A stretch of 64,000 nucleotides of DNA from Squalus acanthias (lineage: Eukaryota): assembly GCA_030390025.1 (NCBI GenBank), contig JASTWF010000034.1:186001-250000 (forward strand). Direction: 5' to 3'. The notes beneath the pieces were generated by a model. The model searched no databases, had not been told where the DNA came from, and worked only from the letters and a program-made list of their open reading frames with translations. A program made the position numbers and the translations under genes. This document shows, piece by piece, positions 1 through 12,522 of this stretch (its first letter is position 1; each line of letters begins with the position of its first letter).

Positions 1-402
1 CTGGTGCCTCACAGCGCCAGGGACCCGGGTTCGAATCTGACCTCGGGTGACTGTCTGTGTGGAGTTTGCACATTCTCCCCGTGTCTGCGTGGGTTTCCTC
101 CGGGTGCTCCGGTTTCCTCCCACAGTCCAAAAATGTGCGGGTTAGGTTGATTTGGCTATGATAAATTGACCCTTAGTGTTAGGGGGGGATTAAATATGTG
201 GGGTTATGGGGATAGGATGGGATATGTTAGGGGGAATTAAATACGTGGGGTTACGGGGGTAGGGTGGGATATGTGTACTGTGGGGATTAAAGCAGGGACA
301 GGGTACTGGATTTGGATGATCAGCCATGATCGTATTGAAAGGTGGAGCAGGCTCGACGGGCCGAATGGCCGACTCCTGCTCCTAGATTCTATGTTTCTAT
401 GT
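1..402 (+). mobile_element. HE1-like V-SINE (5' end cut by window edge) followed by a CR1/HER1-type 3' tail
   Basis: B-box GGTTCGAATC near 28; V-domain GTGTGGAGTTTGCAC..CGTGGGTTTCCTCCGGGTGCTCCGGTTTCCTCCCACAGTCCAAA; ends GGCTCGA..GGCCGAATGGCC..CTCCTGCTCCT..TTCTATGTTTCTATGT. Confidence 0.85.
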
Positions 403-557
403 GATGTAAACCCATCAGCTTCTTAATGGAGTATTAAAGTTGGTGACACTGGACACTTGAACCTGCAAATTAATAGGACAAGGGGTTCGCTAGAATCTTA
501 CACCCCAAGTCTCTCTTCTCTACTCCTTTCAAAGTTCTAACATTTCATGTTTAGATT

Positions 558-925
558 TTAGGAGGAAGAAAAATGTATCACCTCCCATTTCTCTGCGTTA
601 ATCTTCATCGGCCATCTGCCTGCCCCATTTATAACCTGTGTATTCACTGAAGTCACTGACAGGCCTTTCACAGTTGGCCAAGGTCCCTTTTTTGGTGTCA
701 TCGAGAGACTTTGGTCTTGTGCCCCACAAACCCAAGCCCAGAACATTTCTCTATATTGAGAAGAGCAATGGTGCCAACACTGACCCTGGGGGACACCACT
801 GTTTACATCCCTCCAGTCTGAAGAACATCATTAACCAGAACTCTCTGTTCTCTGCCCTTTACCCAACTTCCTATCCGCGCTGCCCCACTCCCTTTAATAC
901 CCTGAGCCTTAATTTGATCAACAAG
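558..925 (-). mobile_element. Old degenerate CR1 RT fragment
   Basis: Minus strand reads fragments of QRV..SGVPQGSVL..DDTK..KWEVIHF across frameshifts. Confidence 0.7.
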
Positions 926-939
926 CCTCCGGCCCTCAC

Positions 940-1288
940 CCGTGTTGTTGATGAGGAGCAGCCGCTCCGGAGGTCCGTCCTGGTCCTGGCCACCGGTGAC
1001 CGAGCTCAGCACCCGCTGCACCGCCTCTGCCTCACTGAGCTTGGCTTCCACACGGCTCACCCTCAACCCGCCGCCCAGCAGAGCCGCTGCTTCCAGCACC
1101 TGGCGCTCCACCTCCCGCAGGTTGTCCCCAGACCTGGCCATCAGCACCAGGTGGGAGCCAGCCCGCAGCCTGGGAGCCAGCACCAGGGACAGCCTCTTCC
1201 CCAGACCCCTGGAGGCGCCCATGATGATGCACAGGCTCTTGCCGAGGTCCCTCAGTCCTCCATCCATCCTCGCCACTTCCTCTCGCAT
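940..1288 (-). CDS. SPR: Sepiapterin reductase-like first coding exon (likely start MDGG at 1267); possibly a degenerate copy
   Basis: MDGGLRDLGKSLCIIMGASRGLG..LVLMARS..LRVSRVEAKL..RLLLINNTG aligns with the vertebrate SPR N-terminus ([29 protein letters not shown]); G|GTGAG donor after 940 in the same phase-1 position as SPR intron 1. Confidence 0.8.
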
Positions 1289-1383
1289 CAGATCCGACTC
1301 CTGCTGATCTGTATCTTGTCAGCACCAGCCATCTGCACTTTGATCAGACTGGGCAACTGGCCAGTATTGTTGCAGTCTAGAAT

Positions 1384-1460
1384 TTTTTTAATTCATTCTC
1401 GGGATGTGAGCATCACTGGTAAAGCCAGTATTTATTGCCCATCCCTAGTTGCCCTCGAGA
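1384..1460 (-). mobile_element. 3' tip of the LINE family seen at 4780-5890
   Basis: Same terminal GGGCAA.TAGGGATGGGCAATAAAT.CTGGC..CACATCCC..GAAT sequence. Confidence 0.7.
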
Positions 1461-1461
1461 A

Positions 1462-2310
1462 AAGAATAAGAATTAGGAGCAGGAGTGGGTCATACGGCCC
1501 CTCGAGCCTGCTCCACCATTCAATAAGATCATGGCTGATCTTCGACCTCAACTCCACTTTCCAGCCCGATCCCCGTATCCCTTGATTCCAAAAATCTATC
1601 GATCTCAGCCTTGAATATACTCAACGACTGAGCATCCACAGCACTTTGGGGCAGAGAATTCCAAAGATTCACAACCCTCTGAGTGAAGAAATTCCTCCTC
1701 ATCTCAGTCTTAAATGGCCGACCCCTTATCCTGAGACTATGCCCCCTAGTTCTAGACACTCCAGCCAGGGGAAACAACCTCTCAGCATCTACCCTGTCAA
1801 TCCCCTTCAGAATCTTATGTTTCAATGAGATCACCTCTCATTCTTCTAAACTCCAGAGAGTATAGGCCCATTCTACTCAATCTCTCATCATAGGACAGCC
1901 CTCTCATCCCAGGAATCAATCTAGTGAACCTTCGTTGCACCGCCTCCAAGGCAAGTATGTCCTTCCTTAGATAAGGAGACTGAAACTGTGCACAGTACTC
2001 CAGGTGTGGTCTCACCAAGGCCCTGTACAATTGTAGTAAGACTTCCTTACTCTTATACTCCAACCCCCTTGCAATAAAGGCCAACATCCCATTTGCCTTC
2101 CTAATTGCTTGCTGTACCTGCATGCTAGCTTTCTGTGTTTCTTGCGCGAGGACACCTAAATCTCTGAACACCAACATTTAATAGTTTCTCACCATTTAAA
2201 AAATGTTCTGTTTTTCTATTCTTCTTACCCAAGTGAATACCCTCACATTTCCCCACATTATACTCCATCTGCCACCTTACTGCCCACTCAGTTAACCTGT
2301 CTATATCCCT
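1462..2310 (-). mobile_element. CR1 (HER1-like) LINE, 5'-truncated
   Basis: LVRPHLEYC..RGDLIET..FFTQRVVNLWNSLP C-terminal ORF2 plus 3' tail; closely similar to 18040-18728. Confidence 0.9.
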
Positions 2311-2548
2311 GAGAAGGTGGTGGTGAGCCACCTTCTTGAACCGCTGCAGTCCGTGTGGTGAATCGTAGCAGTTTGTTACAACTGAGTGACTCGCTCGGCC
2401 ATTTCAGAGGGCAGTTAAGAGTCAACCACATTGTCTAGAGTCACATATCGGCCAGACCGGGTAAGGACGGCAGATTGCCTTCCCTAAAGGACATTAGTGA
2501 ACCAGATGGGTTTTAACGACAATCCGGTAGTTTCATGGTCACCATGAC
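2311..2548 (-). mobile_element. SINE-like fragment carrying the 3' tail of the 4780-5890 LINE family
   Basis: Shares GACTGCAGCGGTTCAAGAAGG..CACCACCACCTTCTC with that LINE; body repeated at about 8440-8610. Confidence 0.6.
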
Positions 2549-2549
2549 T

Positions 2550-4779
2550 GATACAAATCCCCTTGAAACCTCCTGCCCCTTACCCTGAAACTATGCCCCC
2601 TGGTTATTGACCCCTCCACTAAGGGGAAAAGTTTCTTTCTATCGACCCTATCTATGCCCCTCATAATTTTGTACACCTCAATCAGGTCCCCCCTCAGCCT
2701 TCTCTGCTCTAAGGGAAACAACCCCAGCCTGTCCAGTCTCTCTTCATAGCTGAAGCGCTCCAGCCCAGGTAACATCCTGGTGAATCTCCTCTGCACCCTC
2801 TCCAATGCAATCACATCCTTCCTGTAGTGTGGCGACCAGAACTGCACACAGTATTCCAGCTGTGGCCTAACTAACGTTTTGTACAGCTCCATCATAACCT
2901 CCCTGCTCTTATATTCTATGCCTCGGCTAATGAAGGCAAGTATCCCATATGCCTTTTTAACCACCTTATCTACCTGTCCTGCTGCCTTCAGGGATCTATG
3001 TACATGCACACCAAGGTCCCTCTGATCCTCTGTCCTTCCTAGGGTCCTACCATTCATTGTGTATTCCCTTGCCTTGTTAGTCCTCCCAAAATGTATGACC
3101 TCACTTTTCAGGGTTAAATTCCATTTGCCACTGTTCTGCCCATCTAACCAACCCGTCTATATCGTCCTGTAGCCTAAGGATTCCCTCCTCGCTATTTACC
3201 ACTCCACCAATTTTCGTGTCATCTGCGAACTTACTGATCATACGTCCTACATTCATATCTAAATCATTAATGTACACTACAAACAGCAAAGGACCCAGCA
3301 CCGATCCCTGCGGTACACCACTGGACACAGGCTTCCAGTCACAAAAACAACCTTCGACCATCACCCTCTGCCTCCTGCCACTAAGCCAATTTTGGATCCA
3401 ATGTGCCAAATTGCCCTGGATCCCATGGGCTCTTACCTTCTTGACCAGTCTCCCATGCGGGACTTTGTCAAAAGCCTTACTGAAGTCCATGTACACTACA
3501 TCAACTGCACTACCCTCATCCACACACCTAGTCACCCCCTCGAAAAATTCAATCAAATTGGTCAGACATGATCTCCCCCTGACAAAGCCATGCTGACTAT
3601 CCTTGATTAACCCTTGCCTCTCCAAGTGGAGACTAATTCTGTCCCTCAGAATTTTTTCCAATAATTTCCCTACCACTGATGTTAGGCTCACTGGCCTGTA
3701 ATCCCTGGTTTATCCCTACTACCCTTCTTGAATAATGGTACTACGTTAGCTGTTCTCCAGTCCTCTGGCACCTCCCCTGTGGCCAGAGAGGTTCTGAAAA
3801 TTTGTGTCAGAGCCCCTGCAATCTCCTCCCTTGCCTCACACAGCAGCCTGGGATACATCTCGTCAGGGCCTGGGGATTTATCCACTTTTAAGCCCACTAA
3901 AACCGCTAGTACCTCCTCCCTCTCAATGCTAATTTGTTCAAGTATATCACAATCCCCCTGCCTGATTTCTATACCTACATCGTCTTCTCCATAGTGAACA
4001 CAGATGCAAAATGTTCATTTAAAACCTCACCTACATCTTCCGGCTCTACACACAGATTGCCACTTTGGTCCCTAATGGGCCCTACTCTTTCCCTGGTTAT
4101 CCTCTTGCCCTTAATATACTTATAAAACACCTTGGGATTTTCCTTTATTTTGCCCGCCAGTGTTTTTTCATGCCCCCTCTTCGCTCTCCTAATTCATTTT
4201 TTAAGTACCCCCCTGCACTTTCTATACTCCTCTAGGGCTTCCACTGTTTTTAGTCCTTTGTATCTGCCAAAAGCCTCCCTTTTTTTCCTAATCCATTCTT
4301 GTATATATCTTGACATCCAGGGTTCTCTGGGCTTGTTGGTCCCACCCTTGACCTTTACGGGAACATGTTGGCGTTGTACTCTCTCTATTTCCTTTCTGAA
4401 AGACTCCCACTGCTCTGATGTGGATTTTCCTACAAGTAGCTGATCCCAGTCCACTTTGGCCAGATCCTGCCTTATCATATTAAAATCGGCCTTCCCCCAA
4501 TTTAGAACCTTTATTTCCAGTCCATCTTTGTCCTTTTCCATGACTACCTTAAATCTCACCAAATTATGGTCACTGTCACCAAAATGCTCTCCTACTGACA
4601 CCTCTACCACTTGCCCGGCTACATTCCCTAGAATTAGGTCCAGTACCCACCCCCTCTCTTGTAGGACTTTCTACATGCTGGCTCAAAAAGCTCTCCTGGA
4701 TGCACTTTAAGAATTCCGCACCCTCTAAGCCTTTCACACTCTGACTATCCCAGTTAATATTGGGGAAGTTGAAATTGCT
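2550..4779 (-). mobile_element. CR1 LINE ORF2 (end of endonuclease, RT), frameshifted
   Basis: GDSDHN, KSPGPD, DFSKAFDKV, GVPQGSVLGP and FADDTK motifs. Confidence 0.92.
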
Positions 4780-5890
4780 CACTTTTTTATTCGTATATGG
4801 GATGTGGGCGTCGCTGGCAAGGCCAGCATTTATTGCCCATCCCTAATTGCCCTTGGGAAGGTGGTGGTGAGCCGCCTTCTTGAACCGCTGCAGTCGGTGT
4901 GGTGAAGGTACTCCCACAGTGCTGTTAGGGAGGGAGTTCCAGGATTTTGACCCAGCGACGATGAAGGATCGGCGATATACTTCTAAGTCAGGATGGTGTG
5001 TGACTTGGAGGTGGTGGTGTTCACATGCGCCTGCTGCCCTTGTCCTTCTAGGTGGAAGAGGCCGCAGGTTTGGGAGGTGCTGCCGAAGAAGCCTTGGCGA
5101 GTTGCTGCAGTGCATCTTGTAGATGGTACACACTGCAGCCACGGTACGCCTGTGATGGAGGGAGTGAATGCTTAAGGTGGTGGATGGGGTGCCAATCAAG
5201 CGGGCTGCTTTGTCCTGGATGGAGTCAAGCTTCTTGAGTGTTGTTAGAGCTGCACTCATCCAGGCAAGTGGAGAGTATTCCATCACACTCCTGACTTGTG
5301 CCTTGTAGATGATGGAAAGACTTTGGGGAGTCAGGAGGTGAGACACTCGCCGCAGAATACCCAGCCTCTGACCTGCTCTTGTTGCCACAGTATTTATGTG
5401 GCTGGTCCAGTTAAGTTTCTGGTCAATGATGACCCCCAGGATGTTGATGCGGGGGGGATTCGGCGATGATAATACCATTGAATCTCAAGGGGAGGTGGTT
5501 AGACTCTCACTTGTTGGAGATAGTCATTGCCTGGCACTTGTGTGGCGCGAATGTTACCTGCCACTTATCAGCCCAAGCCTGAACGTCGTCCAGGTCCTGT
5601 TGCATGCGAGCATGGACTGCTTCATTATCTGAGGAGTTGTGAATGGCACTGAACACTGTGCAGTTATCAGCGAACATCCCCATTTCTGACCTGAAGTTGG
5701 AGGGAAGGTCATTGATGAAGCAGCTGAAGATGGTTGGGCCTAGGGCACTGCCCTGAGGAACTCCTGCAGCGATGTCCTGGGACTGTGATGATTGACCTTC
5801 AACCACCACAACTATCTTCCTTTGTGCTAGGTATGACTCCAGCCAGTGAGAGTTTTCCCCCCGATTCCCATTGACTTCAGTTTTACTGGG
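4780..5890 (-). mobile_element. CR1/L2-superfamily LINE of a second family, 3' part, nested in CR1
   Basis: GVPQGSALGP, FADN, LGVIIDQKLNWTSHI, YKAQVRSVMEY, WNSLP; distinct 3' tail. Confidence 0.85.
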
Positions 5891-6011
5891 TTTTTCTCTC
5901 TATCTACCCTATCAACTCCTTTAATCATCTTAAACACCTCAATTAGATCACCCCTTAATCTTCAATATTCATGGAAATACAAGCCTAGTCTATGCAACCT
6001 GTCCTCATAAT

Positions 6012-6200
6012 TTACAAATGTCATCTCTGGAAGTACAGGATAGAAATTCTGAACAGACAGTTCTAGTTTCTCGGGAACATTCTTTCCTCTCTTGCCCCTC
6101 CTAAGCTGTAAATCCCCCGTCCCACACACCCTCTCATCGCCTCATCCTCGCCCTTTGAAATCCAGATTCATCGCAGGCTCTGAATTTTCTCCCTTTCTCT
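6012..6200 (-). pseudogene. Relic of a zinc-finger gene intron (pre-acceptor region); coding exon absent
   Basis: Reverse complement aligns with 32615-32740, the sequence just before the splice acceptor of the fourth ZNF gene. Confidence 0.7.
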
Positions 6201-6474
6201 CCTGAAGGTGCTGCGTGATGGTGGGGTTTGGCCCCAGTCACTGTCTGCCCTCCAGTACCTCGCCAAGTGGTAATTCTGAGCTGTGAGCCTATACTGAAGG
6301 TGTTGTGTGATGGTGGGGTTCGGCCCCAGTTACTGTTTGCCCTCCAGTACATTGCTAATTCTGAGCTTGTGAGCCGATACAGTGAGCTGCCAGCATTTCG
6401 ACCATGGGGAGCAGCACAGCCGCCGGCCCTGGCTGATTCTGTCTGGAAAAGCTGAGGCCAATGGTAGCACAGCA

Positions 6475-6745
6475 TCAACAACTTGCATTTACATAGCGCC
6501 TTTAACACAGTAAAACGTTCCAAGGTGCTTCACAAGAGCGGAATCAGTCAAACATGGACACCGAGACAAAGGAGGAGACTTTAGCACTGGTGCCTAAAAG
6601 CTTGGTCAAAGATTTTCGGGCCTCGGCAACTGTAGGAATGGCCACCAATGGTGGAGCAAAGGAAGTGGGGGTTGCACAAGAGGCCAGAGTTGGAGGAGCG
6701 CAGGGGTCTCTTGTAAGGTTGGAGGATGAGAATTTTAAAGGCTGA
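6475..6745 (-). mobile_element. L2 LINE 3' fragment
   Basis: L2 tail AAAGGCGCTATGTAAATGCAAGTTGTTG on minus; similar to 39860 and 62585. Confidence 0.75.
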
Positions 6746-6857
6746 AGCCACCAAATAGAAAGCAGTCTCCCCCAGTACAGAATGTGACTCACTACTAACA
6801 GGAAGGATGTTACTTTAACTACTGTAGGTGCAGAGAGGTGAGCCATTATCCTTGTGT

Positions 6858-7330
6858 CAGGCCGTGGGCTCAGTTGGTAGCACCCTCGCCTCTGAGTCAG
6901 TAAGGGCTTGTGGGGTCAAGTTCCCACTCCAGAGACTTGAGCACAAAAATGTAGGCTGACACTCCAGTGCAGTACTGAGGGAGTGCTGCACCGTCGGAGC
7001 TGCTGCCTTTCGGATGAGATGTTGAACCGAGGTCCCGTCTGCTCTTTCAAGTGGACGTAAGAGATCCCAGGGCTGTATTTCGAAGAAGAGCAGGGGAGTT
7101 ATCCCCGGTGTCCTGGCCAATATTTATCCCTCAATCAACATCACTAAAACAGATTACCTGGTCATTATCACAGTGCTGTTTGTGGGAGCTTGCTGTGCAC
7201 AAACTGGGTGCCGTGTTTCCTACATCATAACAGTGACTACACTTCAAAAAGTACTTCATTGGCTATAAAGCGCTTTGGCAGGTCCGGTGGTCGTGAAAGG
7301 CGCTATATAAATGCAAGTCTTTCTTTCTCT
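6858..7330 (+). mobile_element. Full-length tRNA-derived Deu-domain SINE (SacSINE1-like)
   Basis: A-box GGCTCAGTTGG and B-box-like GGTCAAGTTCC; Deu core CTTTCGGATGAGA..AACCGAGG..AGATCCC..CCCCGGTGTCCTGGCCAA; L2-type tail GGCGCTATATAAATGCAAGT. Confidence 0.85.
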
Positions 7331-7479
7331 AAATATCACAACCAGATGCACAATGAGGGGAAATCAATCTCTGTACCTTTAACTAACAGCGACATGGAGC
7401 GAGGGAAATGAATGAGCTTTAAACACCTGGTCCACTTGGCACTGAAGTGTCTGAAACTCAGAACCGGAACTCCAGGGAA

Positions 7480-7940
7480 ACACAATACTGAACATGGCGG
7501 ATGCCCTTACCCAGAGTGCCCCTCGCGGGTGAATACGGCCTAACTCCATCAGCAGGGGCGCAGTGCGCAGGCGCGGGAAGGTCTGGTCCCCGGAGACCGC
7601 CTTCCTGCGCGGAGCATGCGCGGTGCGGCTCCAGGAAACTGAGCGGGGGCGAGCGCGGCCTCAGCAACACCGAGTGCGCGTCTCAGGCCCCGAATCAGAG
7701 CGGCCGGGCCCGGCGGACGTGCGGCCAGGGCCCCGGCACCAGGAAACCCAGGGTGCAGCGCCTCCCCCAGACAGGAGAAACCACAACTGGCATCGACACA
7801 GCAGACCCGCCAATCCAGAGCCGGCTTGTATCAGGGCGGGCGCTGGATGCGGAAGTCGGTCCCTGGCCGCCTGTCGAGGTCTTTTTGTTGCTTCAGTTTG
7901 AGCTGGAGTGGAGATGGAGGAGAAGCTGCTGGGTTTAACC
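7480..7940. promoter_or_regulatory. CpG island, probable bidirectional promoter
   Basis: CpG-rich; NRF1-like GCATGCGC and GCGCAGGCGC, ETS GCGGAAGT, YY1-like AACATGGCGG; minus-strand donor G|GTAAGG at 7510. Confidence 0.65.
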
Positions 7941-8117
7941 CCCAGTACTTCTGAGCCCAGGAGGACCCAACAATTTCCAATGTGAGACTGTCAAGGGAGG
8001 TGGATTCTGGGGGAGATTAGGTTGTTAAACAGACACAGTCCCTACAATGTAAAATATTATTGTTTTAGGAACAAGTATTTCTCTAGAGGCTTTTAATCTA
8101 TTTTACACATACAGATT

Positions 8118-8610
8118 TTTTTCATTCATTCTTGGGATTTGGGCGTCACGGGCAAGGCCAGCATATGTTGCCAATCGCCAGTTTCCCGTTGAGAAGGTGG
8201 TGGTGAGCCTTCGTCATGAACCACTGCAGTCCGTGTGGTGAAGGTACTGACTTAGAGGGGAACTGGGAGGTGATGTTGTTCCCAAACACCTGCTGCCCTC
8301 GTCCTTCTAGGTGGTGGAGTTCGCGGGTTTTGGAGGTTTTGTCAAAGTTCAGGTCGAGTTGCAGATGTATAAAGACCCTTTCTTTTGACCCTTCCACGCG
8401 TCCCGCCCCCCCAACGACAACCTCTCTCTCTTCTCCCATAGAGGCTAGAGTCGTGTGTAGGCCCAGACTGGGTGGCGGGTTCCCTTCCCTGAAGGACATC
8501 AGTGAACCAGTTGGGTTTTTATGACAATCCAGCAGCTTTCATGGTCAGTTTTTTCTAGTGCCGGCCCCACAAATGACCAGATTCATTGAGCTCAATTTCA
8601 CAACCTGCCT
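8118..8610 (-). mobile_element. Composite LINE-tail/SINE fragment in the ZNF intron
   Basis: Matches 4780-5080 and 2311-2548. Confidence 0.65.
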
Positions 8611-8670
8611 TTGTTTTTTTGTGGGTTCTCTCTCATGCTCCCTTTTTCCTGTTTTAAATTCATTTTACAG

Positions 8671-9967
8671 GCTATTAGAAGAGGAGGATTAGCAGACGGG
8701 AAGCTCAAGCCAAACACCGCATCAAGACCTGACGAAGTCACTCGATTCATCGGACCTGAATATCATCGGCCTTTGAACGCGGAAGCAAAAAGCACCGTTC
8801 ACAGCGGGGAGAAAGCGTACACGTGTTGTGTGTGTGGACGAGGATTCAGCCGATCCTGTGGCCTGTCGAGACAGAAGCACAGTCACACCGGGGAGAAACC
8901 GTGTAAATGTGGGGATTGTGGGAAAGGATTCAAATATCCGTCTGAGCTGGAAACTCAACGGTGCAATCACACCGGAAAGAGGCCGTTCACCTGCTCTGTC
9001 TGTGGCAAGAGATGCACTTATTTCTCTGCCCTGCTGATACATCAGTGGGTTCACACTAACGAGAAAGAGTTTAAATGCATCGAGTGGGTGAAGAGCTTTA
9101 AACGCCCTGAGACACTGACAGAGCACCAGCACATTCACAGCGGTTACACATTGTTCAACTGCTCTCACTGTGGGAAGAGGTTCAGGGCATCATCGCACGA
9201 GTTCACACCAGTGAGATGCCATTCACCTGCTCTGAGTGTGGGAAGGGATTCACTCGTTCATCCACCCTGCTGACACACCAGCGAGTTCACACTGGGAAGA
9301 GGCCGTTCACCTGCTCAGTGTGTGGGAAGAGATTTACTCAGTCATCCCACCTGCTGACACACCAACTTGTTCACACTGATAAGAGACCTTTTAAATGTTC
9401 TGATTGTGAGAAGAGATTTAAAAGCAGAAGTGATCTGCTGAGACACCAGCGCAGCCACTCTGGGGCGAGACCCTTCACCTGCTCCGAGTGTGGGAAAGGA
9501 TTTATTAATTCATCCACTCTGCTGAAGCACTGGCGAGTTCACACTGACGAGAGACCTTTTAAATGCCCGGACTGTGGGAAGTGCTATAAAAGTTCCGGGG
9601 ACCTGACATGCCATCAAACTGTTCACACTGACGAGAGACCGTTCAGGTGCTCTCACTGCGGGACTGGGTTCAGGCGGTCATCTGAACTCACTGTACACCA
9701 GCGCACTCACACTGGGGAGAGACCGTTCACCTGCTCCGTGTGTGGGAAGGGATTCACTTGTTCATCCACCTCACTACTCACCAACTTGTTCACACCAATA
9801 ACAGACCTTTTCAATGTTCTGACTGTGAGAAGAGCTTTAAAAGCAGAAATGATCTGCTGGGACACCAACGTATTCACACTGGGGAGAGGCCATTCACCTG
9901 CTCTGAGTGTGGGAAGGGATTCACTCGTTCATCCAACCTGCTGACACACCAGCGAGTTCACAAGTAA
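8671..9967 (+). pseudogene. KRAB-less C2H2 zinc-finger gene 1, frameshifted twice
   Basis: Acceptor CATTTTACAG| at 8670; TGERPF-linked fingers split over three frames (8611-9273, 9216-9944, 9740-9967); several first-frame fingers lack Cys/His; ends HQRVHK*. Confidence 0.85.
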
Positions 9968-10125
9968 CTGCAGGGGTTGGATTCTGCTGTTATTGCTGCT
10001 GTTAATCACATCCAGGACTGAACCATGTTCATTCTGACAGTTGGGGTTTGTTTCTGCTGAGGTTAATAACTCCTGCAACTGGGCTGGAGTTTAATATTCT
10101 GGATAGATGTCAAATAAATCAGCTT
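9968..10125 (+). other. Conserved ZNF-family 3' UTR with polyA signal
   Basis: AATAAA near 10113; homologous to the 3' UTR of ZNF gene 2 (15071-14980 and 14296-14240, minus strand). Confidence 0.7.
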
Positions 10126-11284
10126 TTTTTAAACACGTTGTAGATTTTTGTCTTTCCCACCTGAGTGTTTAGCATCACCTGGCTGGAGCTCAGAAAGGAC
10201 AATCTGGGGGAGGATCGTACGGCGGGAACAGAACTTCAGCCTGGACACAGTCCTTCAGGGCCACACTGAGAGGGGCAAACGGCACTTTGGTCTTTCTCGT
10301 CTCTCTTCACTGACAGCAAAGTCCCCGTGCGGGTTAATCTCGAGGCCTGTAAGAAATGTGTCCCAGCCGCTCTCTCCATGGTTCAGAGCTCCTAGGCACG
10401 GAACAGAAGGCTCCTTTACAACTGTGTTTAGAGTCAGGAAGAACAACGGTGAATGCTGGAAACGTGCTGTCAAATCAGAGATTGGTGTCAAACTGCGATC
10501 TGTTCCTGACTGAAAGTGAAACGGCAGGTTTAAGTTTCCAGTCTGAAGATGACTGGTAATTATTCCATGAAGATTTAACGTGTTTATGTGACAGTCCTGA
10601 GTCTACCATTTTAAGGCAGGGGTTTACTCATTTAAAATAAACCCGTTTAAAATAAATTCGTTGAAGTCCACATTAAAATAGCAGAGGGAGGAGTTCACAG
10701 GAGCCTGTTAACTGCTGGTACAATTATACAACAGACATTTGATCTCCAGATAAAGAAGGACCTGCAGCGTGTTTCCAGGAATTCCCTGTTTTATTGATGT
10801 GTGTGTGTTAGACACCAGGATTACTAAAAATACACGACCCGGAACATCCACGGGGTGCGATCCCGACAGTTACTCTGGGATCACTCCCGCTGCGGAACTC
10901 CACCACTGACCCTGCTGAAGGTTGTAGGCTCAGGGAGTGGGGCCTCCAGGAGTGGACTGTAAGAAAGCTGGGTTTCGTTATCCTGACAAATATACACCGA
11001 GGAACCAGAGGAATCCTTACTGAGGAACCGTCTGGGGTTTTACCGGCCAGCGTAGGTCTCGGGGTGAATGATTCCTGACTCCCCGAACTGTCCCTACATT
11101 GAATCCAGTTTGTAACAAGATGAATTCAGTTTACAGGAGAATAGAGAGAAATATCACCCACAATTGAGGGAGTCAAAAGCAGCCATTAGAGAAGCTCAGA
11201 GATCTTTGGAAAAGAAGATGGTGCACAATTGTGGTAATATTAGTAAAAGCTTTTCCAGCTGTGTCAGGAGTCAGAAGACATAGT

Positions 11285-12400
11285 TACACAGAGTTACATC
11301 GAATTACAGAGTCTACAGCACAGGAACAGGCCATTCGGCCCAACTGGTCAATGCCGGTGTTTCTGCTCCACACGAGTCTCCTCCCACCACTCTTCATCGA
11401 ACCCTATTAGCATATCCTTCTATTCCTTTCTCCCTCATGTGCTTATCTACCTTCCCCATGAATGCAGCTGTGCTATTCGCCTCAACTACTCCTTGTGGTA
11501 GCACGTTCCACATTCTTACCTCTCTTTGGGTAAAGAAGTTTCTCCTGAATTCCCCATTGGATTTATTAGAGACTGTGTTATATTTATGACCTGTAGTTTT
11601 GGACTCCCCCACAAGTGGAAACATTTTCTCCATGTCCACCCTCTGTAACCTTTTCATAATCTTAAAGACCTCGATCAGGTCACCCATCGGCCTTCTCTTT
11701 ATTCTAGAGAAAAGAGCCCCAGCCTGTTCAGCCTTTCCTGATAAATATATCCTCTCAGTTCTAGGATCATCCTTGCAAAGCCTTTTTCCATCTTCTCCAG
11801 TGCCTCTATATCCTTTTTATAATATGGTGACCAGAACTGTGCACAGTACGCCAAGTGTGGTCTAACCAAGGTTCGATACAAGTTTAACATAACTTCTCTG
11901 CTTTTCAATTCTTTGGCTCTAGAAATGAGCCCCAGTCCATTGTTTGCTCCTGTTATGGCCTCATTAACCTCCGTCGATACTTTTAGTGATTTGTGAATCT
12001 GGACCCCGAGATCCCTTCGCTCCTCTACCCCATTTAGATTCTTATTTTCCCAGTGGTGTGTGGCCTCCTTATTCTTCCTACCAAAACACACCACCTCACA
12101 CTGATCTATACTGAAATTCATTTGCCAATTACACTCCCATTCTGCAAGTTTGATAATATCTTCTTGCATGTTGTCACAGTTTTCCTCAGTATTAACTTTA
12201 CCTGGTGTTATTTGTTGTCATCGACAAAGTTTAAAATTGTACTTCTGATTCACGAGTCCAAACAGTTTCTGTAAATTGTGAACAACAGTGATCCCAGCAC
12301 CGATCCCTGTGCAACACCACTTCCCACCTTTTGCCAGTCTGAGTAGCTACTCCCAACCCCTACTCTCTGTTTTCTGTTTTGTCACCAGCTTGCTATCCAT
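11285..12400 (-). mobile_element. CR1 LINE 3' part
   Basis: LVRPHLAYC, GDLIEVFK, FFTQR..WNVLP plus tail. Confidence 0.88.
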
Positions 12401-12419
12401 AACAGTTTGTACGGTCTAC

Positions 12420-12522
12420 AAGATGACCAAGGTCAGGCCGTGTGGAGTGAAGGGCCAGGCAGCAGAATGGATGGAAAGATGGCTACAAAACAGAAATCAG
12501 AGGGTTGGAGTTAAGGGAAGTT
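12420..12522 (+). mobile_element. Old CR1 RT fragment, perhaps the same element as the ORF2-like piece at about 11130-11280
   Basis: KVRPCGVKG..WMERWLQNRNQRVGV. Confidence 0.6.

Noticed and set aside
638..1585. 315-aa plus-strand ORF
   Set aside because: Antisense shadow of the SPR exon and TE fragments
6858..6935. tRNA genes (also near 1-45, 17090-17160, 21590-21660)
   Set aside because: tRNA-derived SINE heads that run directly into SINE bodies
1289..7510. Splicing from the ZNF-island donor into the SPR exon as a chimeric gene
   Set aside because: No polypyrimidine tract or convincing acceptor upstream of the SPR exon
12300..12522. Twin-priming inversion of a CR1 (similar junction at 19241)
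   Set aside because: The opposed fragments overlap the same ORF2 region yet differ in sequence, so they are separate insertions
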